In this document: positions 43,101-54,254 of the stretch, in pieces | Position numbering within the stretch: the stretch's first letter is position 1 | Layout of the letters: each line of letters begins with the position of its first letter | Source of the DNA: Nitrosopumilaceae archaeon | Lineage (GTDB): Archaea; Thermoproteota; Nitrososphaeria; Nitrososphaerales; Nitrosopumilaceae | Direction: 5' to 3' | NCBI GenBank assembly: GCA_965200155.1 | Contig: CBDATR010000010.1 | Location: 128,001 to 192,000, forward strand | Length of the DNA: 64,000 nucleotides | The notes under the pieces: model-generated | The model's database searches: none | What the model saw: only the letters and a program-made list of their open reading frames with translations | Told to the model about the DNA's origin: nothing | Translations under genes and position numbers: made by a program

Positions 43101-44257
43101 GCTGAGTCATCCCGTATTATATTTCGCAGCGGCTTGAGACAGACTCCAATCTTGTTGGATTTGGACATGTAGTATGCCCCCTTGACACTGGAGGTTATGA
43201 CACTGTCTGTATCCGATGATGACAGTAATGGTGTGAGGCAGGCGCAACAGTCGGCCAATAGTTTACAGCCGGACCCCTCTAATGACTGGGCATATCCCAA
43301 GGAGATAGCTCTCTCTTTTACCGTTCTTGGACAGAAAATCATGCACTCTTTTTTGAATTTGCGACCTGCCATCATGCGTACGAGATCCTGAATTTCTGTC
43401 ATTCCCAGCTGGGGACTGCCCAGTATGATACGATCCCCGGACTCGGCAGTATTTAATGACTCCAATATTCTATTGGACTGATTCTTATCAAAGGAGACCG
43501 CATCAGAGCATTCATCGGGTTTGTCATTACCAAAGTCCAGACGGGCGCATGTTCCGGATGTACCGGCTCCCCCACATAATGCCTTGCAGCTTCGCCTGTC
43601 CCGGGGCATGCCGCCCCCCACGCGGGTGTAGTTCTCAGATATTTGCCCCGACATGTATCCTAATAGTCCCCAGTCCAGTTCGGTGGGATCATCAATGTCC
43701 ATGCGGATAAACGCGTCAGGCTGGGATTCCCCCCGCAGTGAGGTGTGGGGACTCTTGCCGGTCAGTGCGCTGGCCAGGGCGGTAAAGGCGCTCTCCTTGT
43801 TGGTTTTTAGGCCATCAAAAGTATTGGCATGAATGGCCGCATTACTCTCTGCCAGGGCAACCTGGGAATCCTGCGGCGGCATGTCAAATATGTCATACGG
43901 CACACATGAGAACGAGGTTACAACACCCATACGCCTGTACGACTCTCTTATGGATTCCTGTTTTTCTATGAAATTCTGGTCCAAGTCATACGAGCCAACA
44001 TGGTCCCGGTCATAACCCATGGGATTCAGGGTGGTCCAGACCCGTACCCGAGCCCTGTCCCGGATGGAACGAAGAAACTCCTCGCCCGCATCCCCTATTG
44101 TATTGTAGTTTACGCCGGAGAGGTGCACCCACTTAACGGGGATTAGTCTTGACGCGTCAGCTGCCTCCCCGGCAGACACCAAGACGCGATACGCCATCTG
44201 CATGATTTCGCCGTGCTCCCCCAATAGGGCCGCTTCCTCGTATTTGTCCAGTATCAT
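43097..44257 (-). CDS. Aconitase X catalytic subunit (DUF521), putative phosphomevalonate dehydratase large subunit
   Basis: HLSGVNY, TTLNP, SCVPY, AESNA, GSPQ. Confidence 0.87.
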   Translation of the reverse strand: MILDKYEEAALLGEHGEIMQMAYRVLVSAGEAADASRLIPVKWVHLSGVNYNTIGDAGEEFLRSIRDRARVRVWTTLNPMGYDRDHVGSYDLDQNFIEKQESIRESYRRMGVVTSFSCVPYDIFDMPPQDSQVALAESNAAIHANTFDGLKTNKESAFTALASALTGKSPHTSLRGESQPDAFIRMDIDDPTELDWGLLGYMSGQISENYTRVGGGMPRDRRSCKALCGGAGTSGTCARLDFGNDKPDECSDAVSFDKNQSNRILESLNTAESGDRIILGSPQLGMTEIQDLVRMMAGRKFKKECMIFCPRTVKERAISLGYAQSLEGSGCKLLADCCACLTPLLSSSDTDSVITSSVKGAYYMSKSNKIGVCLKPLRNIIRDDSA

Positions 44258-44300
44258 TATCTGGTTAATGGTTTTAACGCAGGAATATTATGTGTATAGG

Positions 44301-44963
44301 ATGGTGCAGGTCGCAATATCGCACATACTGAAAGGTATGAGAGATACCATGAACGCGGTGCATCCGCCCAGAATGACTGCCCTGCGGGAGTTGCATGATG
44401 CGGAGAATCGGGGCCCCTTTAGCATACTTATAGGAACCATACTTTCTGCCAGGACCCGAGACGAGAATACCGCCAAGGTAGTCCGTCGACTCTTCTCCAA
44501 GTATGAGACACCTGCCCAGCTGGCCGCGGCCAATGTATCGGATGTGGAGGAAGTCATACGATCAATAGGGTTCTATCGCGTAAAGGCAAGACGCATAATT
44601 GAGGTCGCATCAATAATAGCAAAAGTGTATGGCGGCATAGTCCCCGATGACATGGAGAGATTGACTAATCTGCCGGGAGTTGGTCGCAAGACCGCCAACT
44701 GTGTATTGGTATACGCCTTTGACAAACCGGCAATACCGGTGGACATACATGTGCATCGCATATCCAACCGTCTTGGCATTGTGGATACAAAGACACCCGA
44801 GCAGACAGAGACTACCCTGACAGATATCATACCAAAAGAATACTGGCTTCAGATAAATGATACCTTTGTTATGTACGGCCAGAATATCTGCAAGCCCATC
44901 TCACCCATGTGCGGGGTCTGCCAAATAAGGGATACGTGCGCGTATTTCAGGAGCGCCGCTTGA
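44301..44963 (+). CDS. nth: Endonuclease III
   Basis: LPGVGRKTAN, VDIHVHR, C..P.C..C.....C. Confidence 0.93.
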   Translation: MVQVAISHILKGMRDTMNAVHPPRMTALRELHDAENRGPFSILIGTILSARTRDENTAKVVRRLFSKYETPAQLAAANVSDVEEVIRSIGFYRVKARRIIEVASIIAKVYGGIVPDDMERLTNLPGVGRKTANCVLVYAFDKPAIPVDIHVHRISNRLGIVDTKTPEQTETTLTDIIPKEYWLQINDTFVMYGQNICKPISPMCGVCQIRDTCAYFRSAA

Positions 44964-45615
44964 AGATGAATAGCACGCCGACCAGTACACCCACCGCGGC
45001 AGTGACTATAAACGGGAATAGCGAGTATATGTTCTCTATGGGATTTCCAGAGATTATTTCCACTTGTAATAGACCGGAGTTGGTGGCGGGGGGATCACTG
45101 GAACTTAGCATTCCAAATATAGAGTACGAGCCTACAGTGAATGTACCCACATCCAGGTTGCTCACCACTATACGTTCACCATTATTTACCGTCAGCCCAC
45201 CCTGATCTGTATAAGATGCAATTACGCGGGTCTCGGGAAACCAGCCCCGGCCTAGGTTGTTATGTATAACTACATAGCCCTCCCTTGGTAGCTGTGCCGC
45301 CAGCCAGAAATTACGCTCAGGGTCGGCGCCCATTCCAATCTCTATGAATCGCTCAGAGTCGAAGGCATCATGTATGCGTAACACCGCGTTACCCAAGGGA
45401 TTAGCGTAGAGTATGTCGTTATTGATGGTAATCTGCCAGCTGCGCTCATGTACATTGTCCAGCGACGCGACAGATGCATCCCGACCCACCTGATTGAATT
45501 CGTACCAGGGTATCTGGAGCTCCTCAATCTTTAGTGACGGATTCTTGATATCCTGTGCAAGAGCAGGTGAAACAGTCAGGGCCAGTAATGCGGCCACAAC
45601 TATCAGGCTTGCCAT
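44947..45615 (-). CDS. Exported/membrane-anchored hypothetical protein
   Basis: Signal peptide; C-terminal TM plus KRRS. Confidence 0.75.
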   Translation of the reverse strand: MASLIVVAALLALTVSPALAQDIKNPSLKIEELQIPWYEFNQVGRDASVASLDNVHERSWQITINNDILYANPLGNAVLRIHDAFDSERFIEIGMGADPERNFWLAAQLPREGYVVIHNNLGRGWFPETRVIASYTDQGGLTVNNGERIVVSNLDVGTFTVGSYSIFGMLSSSDPPATNSGLLQVEIISGNPIENIYSLFPFIVTAAVGVLVGVLFIFKRRS

Positions 45616-45647
45616 ACAGTATCATTACGACAAGGGATCATAAATGT

Positions 45648-45947
45648 CTAGTGGGAGACGGTCATTTTCACCAGATAGACATTTTGAGATCCGGTATCAA
45701 AGAGGGATATGCGCACTTCCCCGGCATTGCATTCGGTAAGGAATGGCAAGTATGCCCGCTGGTCGCTGGTCAGCAGATCACAGTCATTACTCTTGCAGAA
45801 AGATGCCAGTCTTGAGTCAGAACTGTCCCTGCCCGGACTGGGCGGTGTTCCCACGTAGAGTATTTGCTTGTATGAGAGATGGATTTTTTGCTCGTTCCTT
45901 TTTGCCCAGCCAATTATTTGATAGTCCACCAGTATTCTATCATTCAT
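45648..45947 (-). CDS. Small PIN-like protein (DUF5615-like)
   Basis: ILVD, DSSD, LLTSD pattern. Confidence 0.55.
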   Translation of the reverse strand: MNDRILVDYQIIGWAKRNEQKIHLSYKQILYVGTPPSPGRDSSDSRLASFCKSNDCDLLTSDQRAYLPFLTECNAGEVRISLFDTGSQNVYLVKMTVSH

Positions 45948-46020
45948 GGCGCGTTTTATGCTTCATTTTCATATATACATAATCGGTATGTTTAAAGAAT
46001 ATTCAAAAGAGATGATTTTC

Positions 46021-46095
46021 GGGTCCATAGTCTAGATCGGTTATGACGTCGCCCTTACACGGCGAAGATCCGGGGTTCAAATCCCCGTGGACCCA
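46021..46095 (+). tRNA. tRNA-Val(TAC)
   Basis: Cloverleaf; TCGCC-CTTACAC-GGCGA anticodon arm; GTTCAAATC T-loop. Confidence 0.95.
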
Positions 46096-46453
46096 TATCA
46101 TTCCCTATGCATTAATTCCAGAACGTATGATGACATAGACTGCAAGCATGCGTAACCATCTGCCACAATACCAATCATATTTACACTTACAGAAATGGCC
46201 CATTCCCCCCATGGCGCGTCGCACCTGCTAACCGACAATTGTACGCGGCCAGGACAATTCTAACCCTAGATGGCAGCCATACATAATATGGCCAGATGGA
46301 GGCGCCGTACCCTTATGCATAAAGGCAGGGACATGAAAATTACGATACTGTTAAGTGAACCCACATGATAAACACTCAGGCTATGATGGTCCAAGCAATT
46401 ACTGAACCACATTCACGTCTCCAAGTCACGCGTATGACCAGAGGTGTGCGGGA

Positions 46454-47428
46454 ATGATGCCATTATACATCACCAAAAAGTATCTTACAGTCTCGTGTTT
46501 CGCCCTCATTTCCATGATTACGTTGGGAGCAGTATTTGGACTCACATATGATATTACCACGGACCCGTCATACGCATCATGGCTTGTTGTATCATACGTA
46601 GCAGGTCTTACCATGATAATATTGCCATGTACCCTGCCCTTGGTATTCATCATAGTTCCATTAAGCATGGGAAAGGGCAGGCACCGGGGCCCACTCATGG
46701 CAGTGCTGTTTGGAGTAGGACTCACTGTAACCATAACAATGTATGGCGCCGGGGTGGGACTACTAGGCGGCACCGTAGGTCTAGATACTGTCTCAACCTA
46801 CATGTTCGTTATTGCAGGTATGGCAGCGTTCATCTTCGGGCTCTCTCAGATAGGCCTGATTCGACTACGACTGCCGTCATACTCTGGAACACCAGGTTTC
46901 ATACACAAACGGGGCGACTATGCAAAGGCCCTGCTCATGGGACTGTTACTGGGCAATGCAGGTGTAGGTTGCCCAAATCCATTATTCTACTGGTTACTGA
47001 TATACGTGGCAGGATTGGGGAGTGTCGAGGCAGGTGCCGGGGTAGGCGTGGTTCATGGCATAGGTCGTGCCGTTCCCCTGATATTGATATCAGTATTAGC
47101 CATAATGGGAATAAATGCATCTCGAGGCTTGGCAACAAACCGAATCAGAATAGAGCAGATCAGTGGATGGATGCTCATAGTACTGGGCTCTTTCCTCATA
47201 ATAAATGGCATACCCGGTGGCCACCAGTGGTATGAAGATACAATAGTGCACACAGGATGGAATGGTATAGTAAATATGCTGTCGTTACCTACAGAGTTTC
47301 ACATGAAATCACACACACATGCCCAAGATTCATTTCTATCAATACCCGTACAGCTAGTTCCATCCCTGCTGGCCCTAATGATCGGGACACCCATAGTATG
47401 GCATTATGCTCGGAGGGCCCTATCATGA
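46454..47428 (+). CDS. CcdA/DsbD-like membrane redox protein
   Basis: LPCTLP and GCPNP cysteines, multiple TMs. Confidence 0.8.
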   Translation: MMPLYITKKYLTVSCFALISMITLGAVFGLTYDITTDPSYASWLVVSYVAGLTMIILPCTLPLVFIIVPLSMGKGRHRGPLMAVLFGVGLTVTITMYGAGVGLLGGTVGLDTVSTYMFVIAGMAAFIFGLSQIGLIRLRLPSYSGTPGFIHKRGDYAKALLMGLLLGNAGVGCPNPLFYWLLIYVAGLGSVEAGAGVGVVHGIGRAVPLILISVLAIMGINASRGLATNRIRIEQISGWMLIVLGSFLIINGIPGGHQWYEDTIVHTGWNGIVNMLSLPTEFHMKSHTHAQDSFLSIPVQLVPSLLALMIGTPIVWHYARRALS

Positions 47429-47556
47429 GAGACCCGGTCTGTGGTATGGATATAGAGGACGGAGACAGTATAACTTACAAAGGCAAGGAGTACAAATTCT
47501 GTTGCGCCACATGTAGATGGGCATTTGAGTCAAATCCTTCCGCATATATTGATTAA
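47425..47556 (+). CDS. YHS-domain metal-binding protein (43 aa)
   Basis: MRDPVCGM...YKFCCATCRWAFESNPSAY. Confidence 0.85.
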   Translation: MRDPVCGMDIEDGDSITYKGKEYKFCCATCRWAFESNPSAYID

Positions 47557-47847
47557 TCTGTAAGGTAACCGCGACTCTGCCATGACAACAAGCTCGTCAC
47601 ATTGAATCAGCTCCCGCGAGTATTCCGGAATAGCCTCTCATCAATTCTGAAACATGCCAAGTCATAAGGCTCGCACGACCCCAACCATGCAGACACATAG
47701 TACAGCTATGAGTAGGGTGGCTGTCTCTGAGCAGACTTACCATTATAGCGGTCACCATAAGTCCTTGGATGACAGATACATTTGTCACATACAATCCCTG
47801 TCTCACATGTCAAAGAATTATGGTGTTTGCTATACGTGATTTGTATA

Positions 47848-48786
47848 TGTAATGTATGAAAAGTCGGTCCGCTAGTCATTGGCATCCCGCTCCACCCATT
47901 TTGTATAATTTGCTCTAATTGTCTGGGTCGCCTTTTTATTCCTGGAGTGGTGTTTCGCCGTTATCTATATCCAGTGAGACGTGCAACCTTCTCTCATTGT
48001 AGTAGTCCACATAATCCCGGAGACTGTCATATCTTGTCCTCAATCATTCCATGGAAGCGCTCCAGTTTGCCATTTGTCTGCGGGTGGCATGGTCTGGAAT
48101 TGATTAGTATGATGTCTTGATCCAGCAGTTCTTCCTAGAATAGTGTGGGTTTCCAGTTCTTTTTGCCCTTTTATTGTCCTACGAAACACGCGCCGTTATC
48201 CAAGATGCAGGGGCGCCGAATCGTTTCATTGCCGGTCTCAGTAATAGAGCGGCGTTCTCTGAGGTTGCATGCTCAAATAGTGCCGCCCCGACTATACACC
48301 TGGATGCATCATCTATGAGATTCAGTCCCCCTGAAGCGCTCATCTTTCATGACATGCCAGTGCCACATTGCATTGGAATATTTACGCTCATAGCGTACCC
48401 ACTCTGACTTTGCAGGTGATGATCCTGCCGTACCGTTCTTTTTCATTATGCGATATACTGCGCGATATATTGTAATTCTGTCTAAGCCTCTTTGCAATAC
48501 GTACTACTCCGGCGGGATCCTTGCTGTATGCTTCAGTTACCATTCGTATCTGGGTGGCGGTGATTGGTATCATAGGCCTGCCCATCTTTACTCGAGTCGT
48601 TCCCGTTCTCTGGTTCACAATCTTCGTACGTGTCTTGTTTCAGGTCTTGAGCTATTTTGGTGGCGGCAACACCTCTTTTGCGTTGTCTTACTATTGATTC
48701 CTCTGTTATTCTCTTTACCATCTGGCTTGTGCAATCTGAACTACTGTACGCCGGATCCTAAGCGGACTTACTTTTCGTACTATTGA
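47848..48786 (-). mobile_element. Complete-length decayed IS481/IS1202-like element with a 16-bp TSD
   Basis: ATACGTGATTTGTATA at 47832-47847 and 48787-48802; imperfect TIRs; HPQTNGKLER motif. Confidence 0.82.
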
Positions 48787-48838
48787 ATACGTGATTTGTA
48801 TACACAAATCTTATATTTTAAACACTACTTTCTAATGC

Positions 48839-49090
48839 ATGGCACATGTCAGTACACCACAAGACATAGAGAAGGAATCTAGGCGTGTGATTGAAGCACT
48901 GTATGGTGATATTACAGATTTTCGCGTAAATGTATTCTTCCCTGTCCCCGAAAAAGGTACACGTGTAGCTTGGGACATACAAGTAAATTTTATGCTCAAT
49001 GATTTGAAATATACAGTAGACCTAGAGATCCAAGAGAAAGATGGTCAGGTGACCAATGCCCGTTTAATTGACACCATGACACCACTCTAG
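48839..49090 (+). CDS. Small hypothetical protein
   Basis: Clean 83-aa ORF behind an AT-rich promoter. Confidence 0.7.
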   Translation: MAHVSTPQDIEKESRRVIEALYGDITDFRVNVFFPVPEKGTRVAWDIQVNFMLNDLKYTVDLEIQEKDGQVTNARLIDTMTPL

Positions 49091-49800
49091 AATGTCAGTG
49101 CAGTTATCTGGTATACAATAATAATTCCCAAAAGTATGCTCAGTGTACCGGCAGCATAGCGAACCATCTTTCGTATACGCTCGCTGGCCATGCCCAAGGA
49201 TGCACCCAAGAGACCCCCCAATGCGCACATTCCCGCGGCAGATCCTGCTCCAAATACCAACATGAACAGTATTACCATATCCAGATCTGCCAGTGTCGCA
49301 GAAGTTAATGCAACAAGCGCACCACTCCCGGCCAAGCCGTGCACCAGCCCTATAATGTACGAGCGATGTATGTGAGCGTGTCCCCCGTCCCGATGATCAT
49401 GCTTGTGCGAGTGAATAGTTCCATCAGAATGGGCATGAACATGCTCGTGGGTGAATCTGCCTTTGAGAATAGCCAGTATGCCCATTATAATTAACATCAA
49501 GCCCACGGCAAACTCCATCCACTCAAATATCCAGTTCTGTATGGCAGACGCTGCCACATATGCCAGCAAGCCAAAGCCCACCAAGGTAGTGGTATGACCG
49601 GCCCCCCAAACAGCTCCTGTCACAGATGATCGTGTAATCCCGGCCCAGACCTTCCGCAATCTTGATTTGGTATGCTGACTAGCCACAAGAGTACTTACTG
49701 CAGTCATATGATCCGGCTCAAATGCATGACTCAATCCCATACTGGCACCCAAGCTTAGCGCCAACGCAATGACATGACTGTCTGCCAGTATCGTATCCAC
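49087..49800 (-). CDS. UreH/NiCoT-like nickel/cobalt transporter
   Basis: HAFEPDH, GHT, His-rich loop, GLVHGLAGS. Confidence 0.8.
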   Translation of the reverse strand: MDTILADSHVIALALSLGASMGLSHAFEPDHMTAVSTLVASQHTKSRLRKVWAGITRSSVTGAVWGAGHTTTLVGFGLLAYVAASAIQNWIFEWMEFAVGLMLIIMGILAILKGRFTHEHVHAHSDGTIHSHKHDHRDGGHAHIHRSYIIGLVHGLAGSGALVALTSATLADLDMVILFMLVFGAGSAAGMCALGGLLGASLGMASERIRKMVRYAAGTLSILLGIIIVYQITALTF

Positions 49801-49997
49801 GAAACAGTGACGCGCGTATGCTATAAAAAAAATCTTACATAATTCTACTCAGACAAACTTGTCCACAGGATTGCACTGGTAACCATGTACAGGTATCACT
49901 ATCTGTCGTGCAGATATGGATTAGATCATACCACTATTAATTGCCAGAGTAGTAGTGACCAAAAAACCAATTAATAAAACAAGAGCAGGCACCATAT

Positions 49998-51101
49998 ATG
50001 GTGGCAAAAAAAACAGCCATGTCAGGCTTTTATAAAAAGACGCCCGATGAACGTCTTCACATAGTAGAAGACTTTGCCAATCTACAAGAGCAGGATAGAA
50101 AAGCTCTGCGTGCAGGCCTGGATATCAAGGCGGCGGACAATCTAGTAGAGAATGCTGTGGGAACATTCACGCTGCCCCTAGGCGTGGCTACCAACTTTCG
50201 AATAAACAGTCGTGACTACATAATACCCATGGTTATCGAGGAACCCTCCGTAATAGCGGCCGCGTCCGCAGGAGCAAAATCTACTGACAATGTTGAGGTG
50301 ACAGTATCCCGGTCGCACGTAACCGGCCAGATACAAGTGCTGGACGTACAGACCGAAGCGGCGGACATTATAATGACCAGGAAGAGCGACATAATCGCTG
50401 CGGCCAAAGAGATACTCTCCAAGCACATGTCCATAGTAGAGATGCACAGCACGAATCTGGATACTACACCAAATATGATTAAGGTGGAAATTGTGATAGA
50501 TGCGGGCGAGGCAATGGGTGCCAATGCCATTAATACTTTATGCGAGGGCATAGCACCATTAATAGAGGAGATAACCGGTGGGCGCGTACTATTACGCATA
50601 CTCTCCAACGCCATGCCCCGTATGGCAAATGCCAGTGCGTACTTTGACGTAGAAGATCCTGTAGCAGAGGGCATACTAAACGCGTATAGATTTGCCGCCG
50701 CAGACAGACACCGCGCCGTAACCCACAACAAGGGAATAATGAACGGAGTGGTTGCTGTGGGGTTAGCCACCGGGCAGGATACACGCGCCCTAGAGGCAGC
50801 AGCCCACGCGTATGCAGCGGAGTCCGGTCGTTACAGTCCGCTTTCCAGCTGGGAGATATGTCAAGGCAGGCTATTGGGCAAGCTGAGCATCCCATTGGGC
50901 GTAGGTACCAGAGGGGGACTTACAACACACCATGCCACGGCGGCAGCGTGTCTCAAAATACTACAGAATCCCACGGCCGGGGATCTGGCGGGAATAATGG
51001 CCGCAGTTGGACTGTGTCAGAACTTTTCGGCGCTAAGGGCTCTTGCTACCGATGGCATTCAGAAGGGCCACATGAAGCTGCACAAGAGACGACTCACATA
51101 G
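49998..51101 (+). CDS. HMG-CoA reductase, class II
   Basis: ENAVG, EEPSVIAAAS, AMGAN, THNKGIMNG, GHMKLH. Confidence 0.9.
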   Translation: MVAKKTAMSGFYKKTPDERLHIVEDFANLQEQDRKALRAGLDIKAADNLVENAVGTFTLPLGVATNFRINSRDYIIPMVIEEPSVIAAASAGAKSTDNVEVTVSRSHVTGQIQVLDVQTEAADIIMTRKSDIIAAAKEILSKHMSIVEMHSTNLDTTPNMIKVEIVIDAGEAMGANAINTLCEGIAPLIEEITGGRVLLRILSNAMPRMANASAYFDVEDPVAEGILNAYRFAAADRHRAVTHNKGIMNGVVAVGLATGQDTRALEAAAHAYAAESGRYSPLSSWEICQGRLLGKLSIPLGVGTRGGLTTHHATAAACLKILQNPTAGDLAGIMAAVGLCQNFSALRALATDGIQKGHMKLHKRRLT

Positions 51102-51264
51102 TAGAAATTCTGTCCACGCCATATGTTTCTGCCACTACAATGGTGTGCCGGGAGAGTACTGGATTGGGCAAACAATACGACTTTACATACTGAAGACAGT
51201 ACATGATGTGCAGAATGAGCCGATCATAATATTTATCTAGTTTGGCTACCCTTACCCAAATGCA

Positions 51265-52380
51265 ATGGGAATGGAATTTTATGGCGATGACTATCGTGGC
51301 GCCGACGTGGCGCCTTTTGTGGGAATAAACACCTTCCTGCACCTGCCATGGGTAAAAAGCTATGATGAACTGAAGCGGGCAAAGCCGGATGTGGCCATTG
51401 TGGGAGAACCTTTCGATTTTGGCACAACCATCAGGCCGGGAGCAAGATACGGACCCAGAGCTCTGAGAGCGGCATCCACCATACCATCCCCCCCTTATGA
51501 GAGATTCAACATAGAGACCGGCGCTGATCCCTTTGGCACTTTCAGGACTGTAGATTATGGGGACGTGAATGTATCCCCGGGAGATGTTATAGAGTCACAC
51601 AAGCGAATGTCACAGAAAGTGAAGGAGGTCCTAGAGCAAGACGGCATTCCAGTCATGCTAGGCGGGGATCACTCCATAACATATGCCAACGTCCGCGCCT
51701 TTGCAAAAAAATACAAGAACATCGGAATGATTCACTTTGACACCCATGCAGATTGCGCACCTCAGGGGTTGACCGGATACAAGTATGATCATGGAGCCCA
51801 CATACGCCGCATAATGGAGATGGGCTGCCTCAGGGGTCGCAACTACTCCTTGGTCGGGCCCCGCGGGTATTGGCCCGGTCCGGACTTGTACAAGTGGATG
51901 TCAGATCAGGACTTTCAATGGTTTACTATGCTGGATGTAGAAGAGTTAGGCATAGATTACATCGCCAAGGAGATAGCTGATCGCGCAAATGACGGTACGG
52001 ATGCAGTTTATCTGAGCTGGGATATAGACTCTTTTGATCCCGCGTATGCACCGGGTACCGGCGAGCCGGAACCCAACGGACTCACTTCCAGGGAGGGAAT
52101 ACGCATGATCCGGTTACTCTCCAAGTCCTTTGATCCTGATCGGTTTGCCATGGACCTGGTGGAGGTTGCCCCCGCGTATGATGTCAGTGACAACAGCTCG
52201 TACAATGGCGGCATAACATCAGGTCTAGGCCAGAGATTGGTAGTGGAGCTTCTAGCAGGACTCTCGCTTACAAAGAGGGGATTGGATGAGGGAAGCCCTG
52301 TCCGTCCACGGGATTATCGAGGTACCGGTCACACATACAATTTTGGCAATCCACGCTCCACAATACCCAAACGGGAGTAG
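51265..52380 (+). CDS. Agmatinase/ureohydrolase family protein
   Basis: GGDHS, DTHAD, SWDID.FDP..APGTG, DLVEVAP. Confidence 0.9.
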   Translation: MGMEFYGDDYRGADVAPFVGINTFLHLPWVKSYDELKRAKPDVAIVGEPFDFGTTIRPGARYGPRALRAASTIPSPPYERFNIETGADPFGTFRTVDYGDVNVSPGDVIESHKRMSQKVKEVLEQDGIPVMLGGDHSITYANVRAFAKKYKNIGMIHFDTHADCAPQGLTGYKYDHGAHIRRIMEMGCLRGRNYSLVGPRGYWPGPDLYKWMSDQDFQWFTMLDVEELGIDYIAKEIADRANDGTDAVYLSWDIDSFDPAYAPGTGEPEPNGLTSREGIRMIRLLSKSFDPDRFAMDLVEVAPAYDVSDNSSYNGGITSGLGQRLVVELLAGLSLTKRGLDEGSPVRPRDYRGTGHTYNFGNPRSTIPKRE

Positions 52381-52442
52381 TAGTGGACCGCAAAAAGTCA
52401 GGGATCATGCATTCTACAAGATACGTGTTCCAAACCAATGTA

Positions 52443-52524
52443 GTATGAATTTACGCGATATGCCCAAATCACACTAGTCGCCAAGATCTGTTATGCGTAA
52501 ATTTGGACGTAGGCAAACCCGTAC
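52443..52524 (+). mobile_element. Diverged relative of the MITE
   Basis: GTATGAATTTACG...CAAATCACA...GTTATGCGTAAATTTGGAC...AACCCGTAC. Confidence 0.55.
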
Positions 52525-52650
52525 AATTTATGGGTATGCTAATTATTTTAATAAAAAGTATTTAGAAGTGTAAAATCATTAATAAACATCTATGGAAATA
52601 GGAAAAAATAGTTTTAAAATACTTAAATTAAAGAGATATATTTACCATAT

Positions 52651-54219
52651 ATGGCGGAGATTGGCAGTTTTGGTATAGCAGTAGGGATGTTCATTGCCCT
52701 CACTTTGGCAGTAGGTCTCATATCCTCCAGAATGGTACAAAAGAGCGGAAAGCGGCTCATAGTAGCGGGTAAGAGCTTACCACTCGTTATGGTAGGAACG
52801 ATGTTGGCTGCGCAGGCAGTGGATGGCAATTCCTCGCTAGGCAATGTTGCACTGGTCTATCAGTTTGGGTTTTGGGGAGGGGCAATAGTGCCCATGGGCC
52901 TTGGCGCGTGTCTCCTGATGGTGGGGGCATTCTATGCCAAGCCCCTGAACAAAATGTCCATGATCACCCTGCCGGACTTTTACTATAGACGATTCGGTAA
53001 TGGTGCAGAGGGGATATCCAGTGTTTTGTTGATCATAAGCTTTGTCATACTTATGGCAGGAAATTTGGCCGCGTGTGGATTCATACTGGAAACGGTGTTC
53101 GGGATAGATTACTTCTGGGGCATACTAATAGCGTCCATCGTGGTACTGGCATATACCACTGCGGGGGGACTGTTTGCATCAGCATATACCAATCTCTTTC
53201 AGGTGTATTTGGCCATTGGCGCGTTCTGGGCCGGATTCATATTCTTTGCCGGGGGCCTCTCCGGCACGCCCTGGGATACCATAGTGGGTGCTGCGCCGCC
53301 AGAGTTTCTGGACTTGTCCGGGTTATATGATATTGCCAATGGCGCACTGATAAACTGGGGCGGATTTCTGGCCCTGGCCCTGGGCGATATTATAGCGCTG
53401 GACTTTATGGAGCGGGTCTTTGCGGCTCGCAACCCCAAGACTGCACAGCGAGGGGCGCTCATGGGAGGAGCGCTTACCATCTTTACTGTGGTGCCCACCA
53501 GCATGCTGGGCATAGTGGCGCTGTACTACCTGCCGGCAGATACACTACCGGACTTGGCCCTGCCGCTGCTCAGTGTAGAGCACATGCCCTTTGCCGTAGG
53601 CGCAGCCATTTTGATGGGAGTGGTGGGCGCATCAATGTCCACTGCCAGCGGCGGGTTGCTGGCAGTCTCAAGCGTAATATCCCGAAATCTGATCAACAGA
53701 ATAATTCGCCGAAGATGGCTTGGAAAACCAACCAGTAATGATCAACAACTGCTCTGGATAACGCGTATAGTACTATTTCCCATGATTGCGGCCGGAACCA
53801 TACTGGGATACGTGCTCCCGGCACCAGGCATATACCTGATACTGGCATTTGACATTGTATTTGCAGGAGCACTGGCCCCCCTTACACTGGGACTCTTCTG
53901 GAAGAAGGCTAACATGCCCGCGGCTATCGCCTCGCTTTTGGTAGGCAGTAGTATACGACTGGCATTCTTCTTTACGATGCCGCCGGAACTTGCAGGGTTG
54001 GATCAGTTAATTCCGCCCATGATATCTTTTGCGCTTTTCATAGGTGTCGCCCTAGCGACTCAAGGCAGATACCCCGGAAAGGCTCGCCACGACGTAAGGG
54101 ACTATGTACCACCGGAGGAGGATATAGTGTCTGGCGAAGATTTGAAGCATTTCCAGGAAGGCGGCGCCATGGGTTCGGAGGGAGCTATCACCGACCTGGG
54201 TCAGCCACCCAAGCCATGA
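52651..54219 (+). CDS. Sodium:solute symporter family transporter
   Basis: About 13 TMs; TLPDFYYRRFG, AYTTAGGL, ASMST. Confidence 0.88.
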   Translation: MAEIGSFGIAVGMFIALTLAVGLISSRMVQKSGKRLIVAGKSLPLVMVGTMLAAQAVDGNSSLGNVALVYQFGFWGGAIVPMGLGACLLMVGAFYAKPLNKMSMITLPDFYYRRFGNGAEGISSVLLIISFVILMAGNLAACGFILETVFGIDYFWGILIASIVVLAYTTAGGLFASAYTNLFQVYLAIGAFWAGFIFFAGGLSGTPWDTIVGAAPPEFLDLSGLYDIANGALINWGGFLALALGDIIALDFMERVFAARNPKTAQRGALMGGALTIFTVVPTSMLGIVALYYLPADTLPDLALPLLSVEHMPFAVGAAILMGVVGASMSTASGGLLAVSSVISRNLINRIIRRRWLGKPTSNDQQLLWITRIVLFPMIAAGTILGYVLPAPGIYLILAFDIVFAGALAPLTLGLFWKKANMPAAIASLLVGSSIRLAFFFTMPPELAGLDQLIPPMISFALFIGVALATQGRYPGKARHDVRDYVPPEEDIVSGEDLKHFQEGGAMGSEGAITDLGQPPKP

Positions 54220-54254
54220 TTTGTTTTAAATGCAATAAAACTAGATGAAGATGC

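Noticed and set aside
46579-47235. 218-aa alternative-frame ORF, and long antisense ORFs such as 54458..55213 and 50216..50770
   Set aside because: Shadow frames of well-supported genes.
51265-52380. Guanidinase call
   Set aside because: Has PGTGEPEP instead of PGTGWPEP and no adjacent hypA/hypB; left as ureohydrolase.
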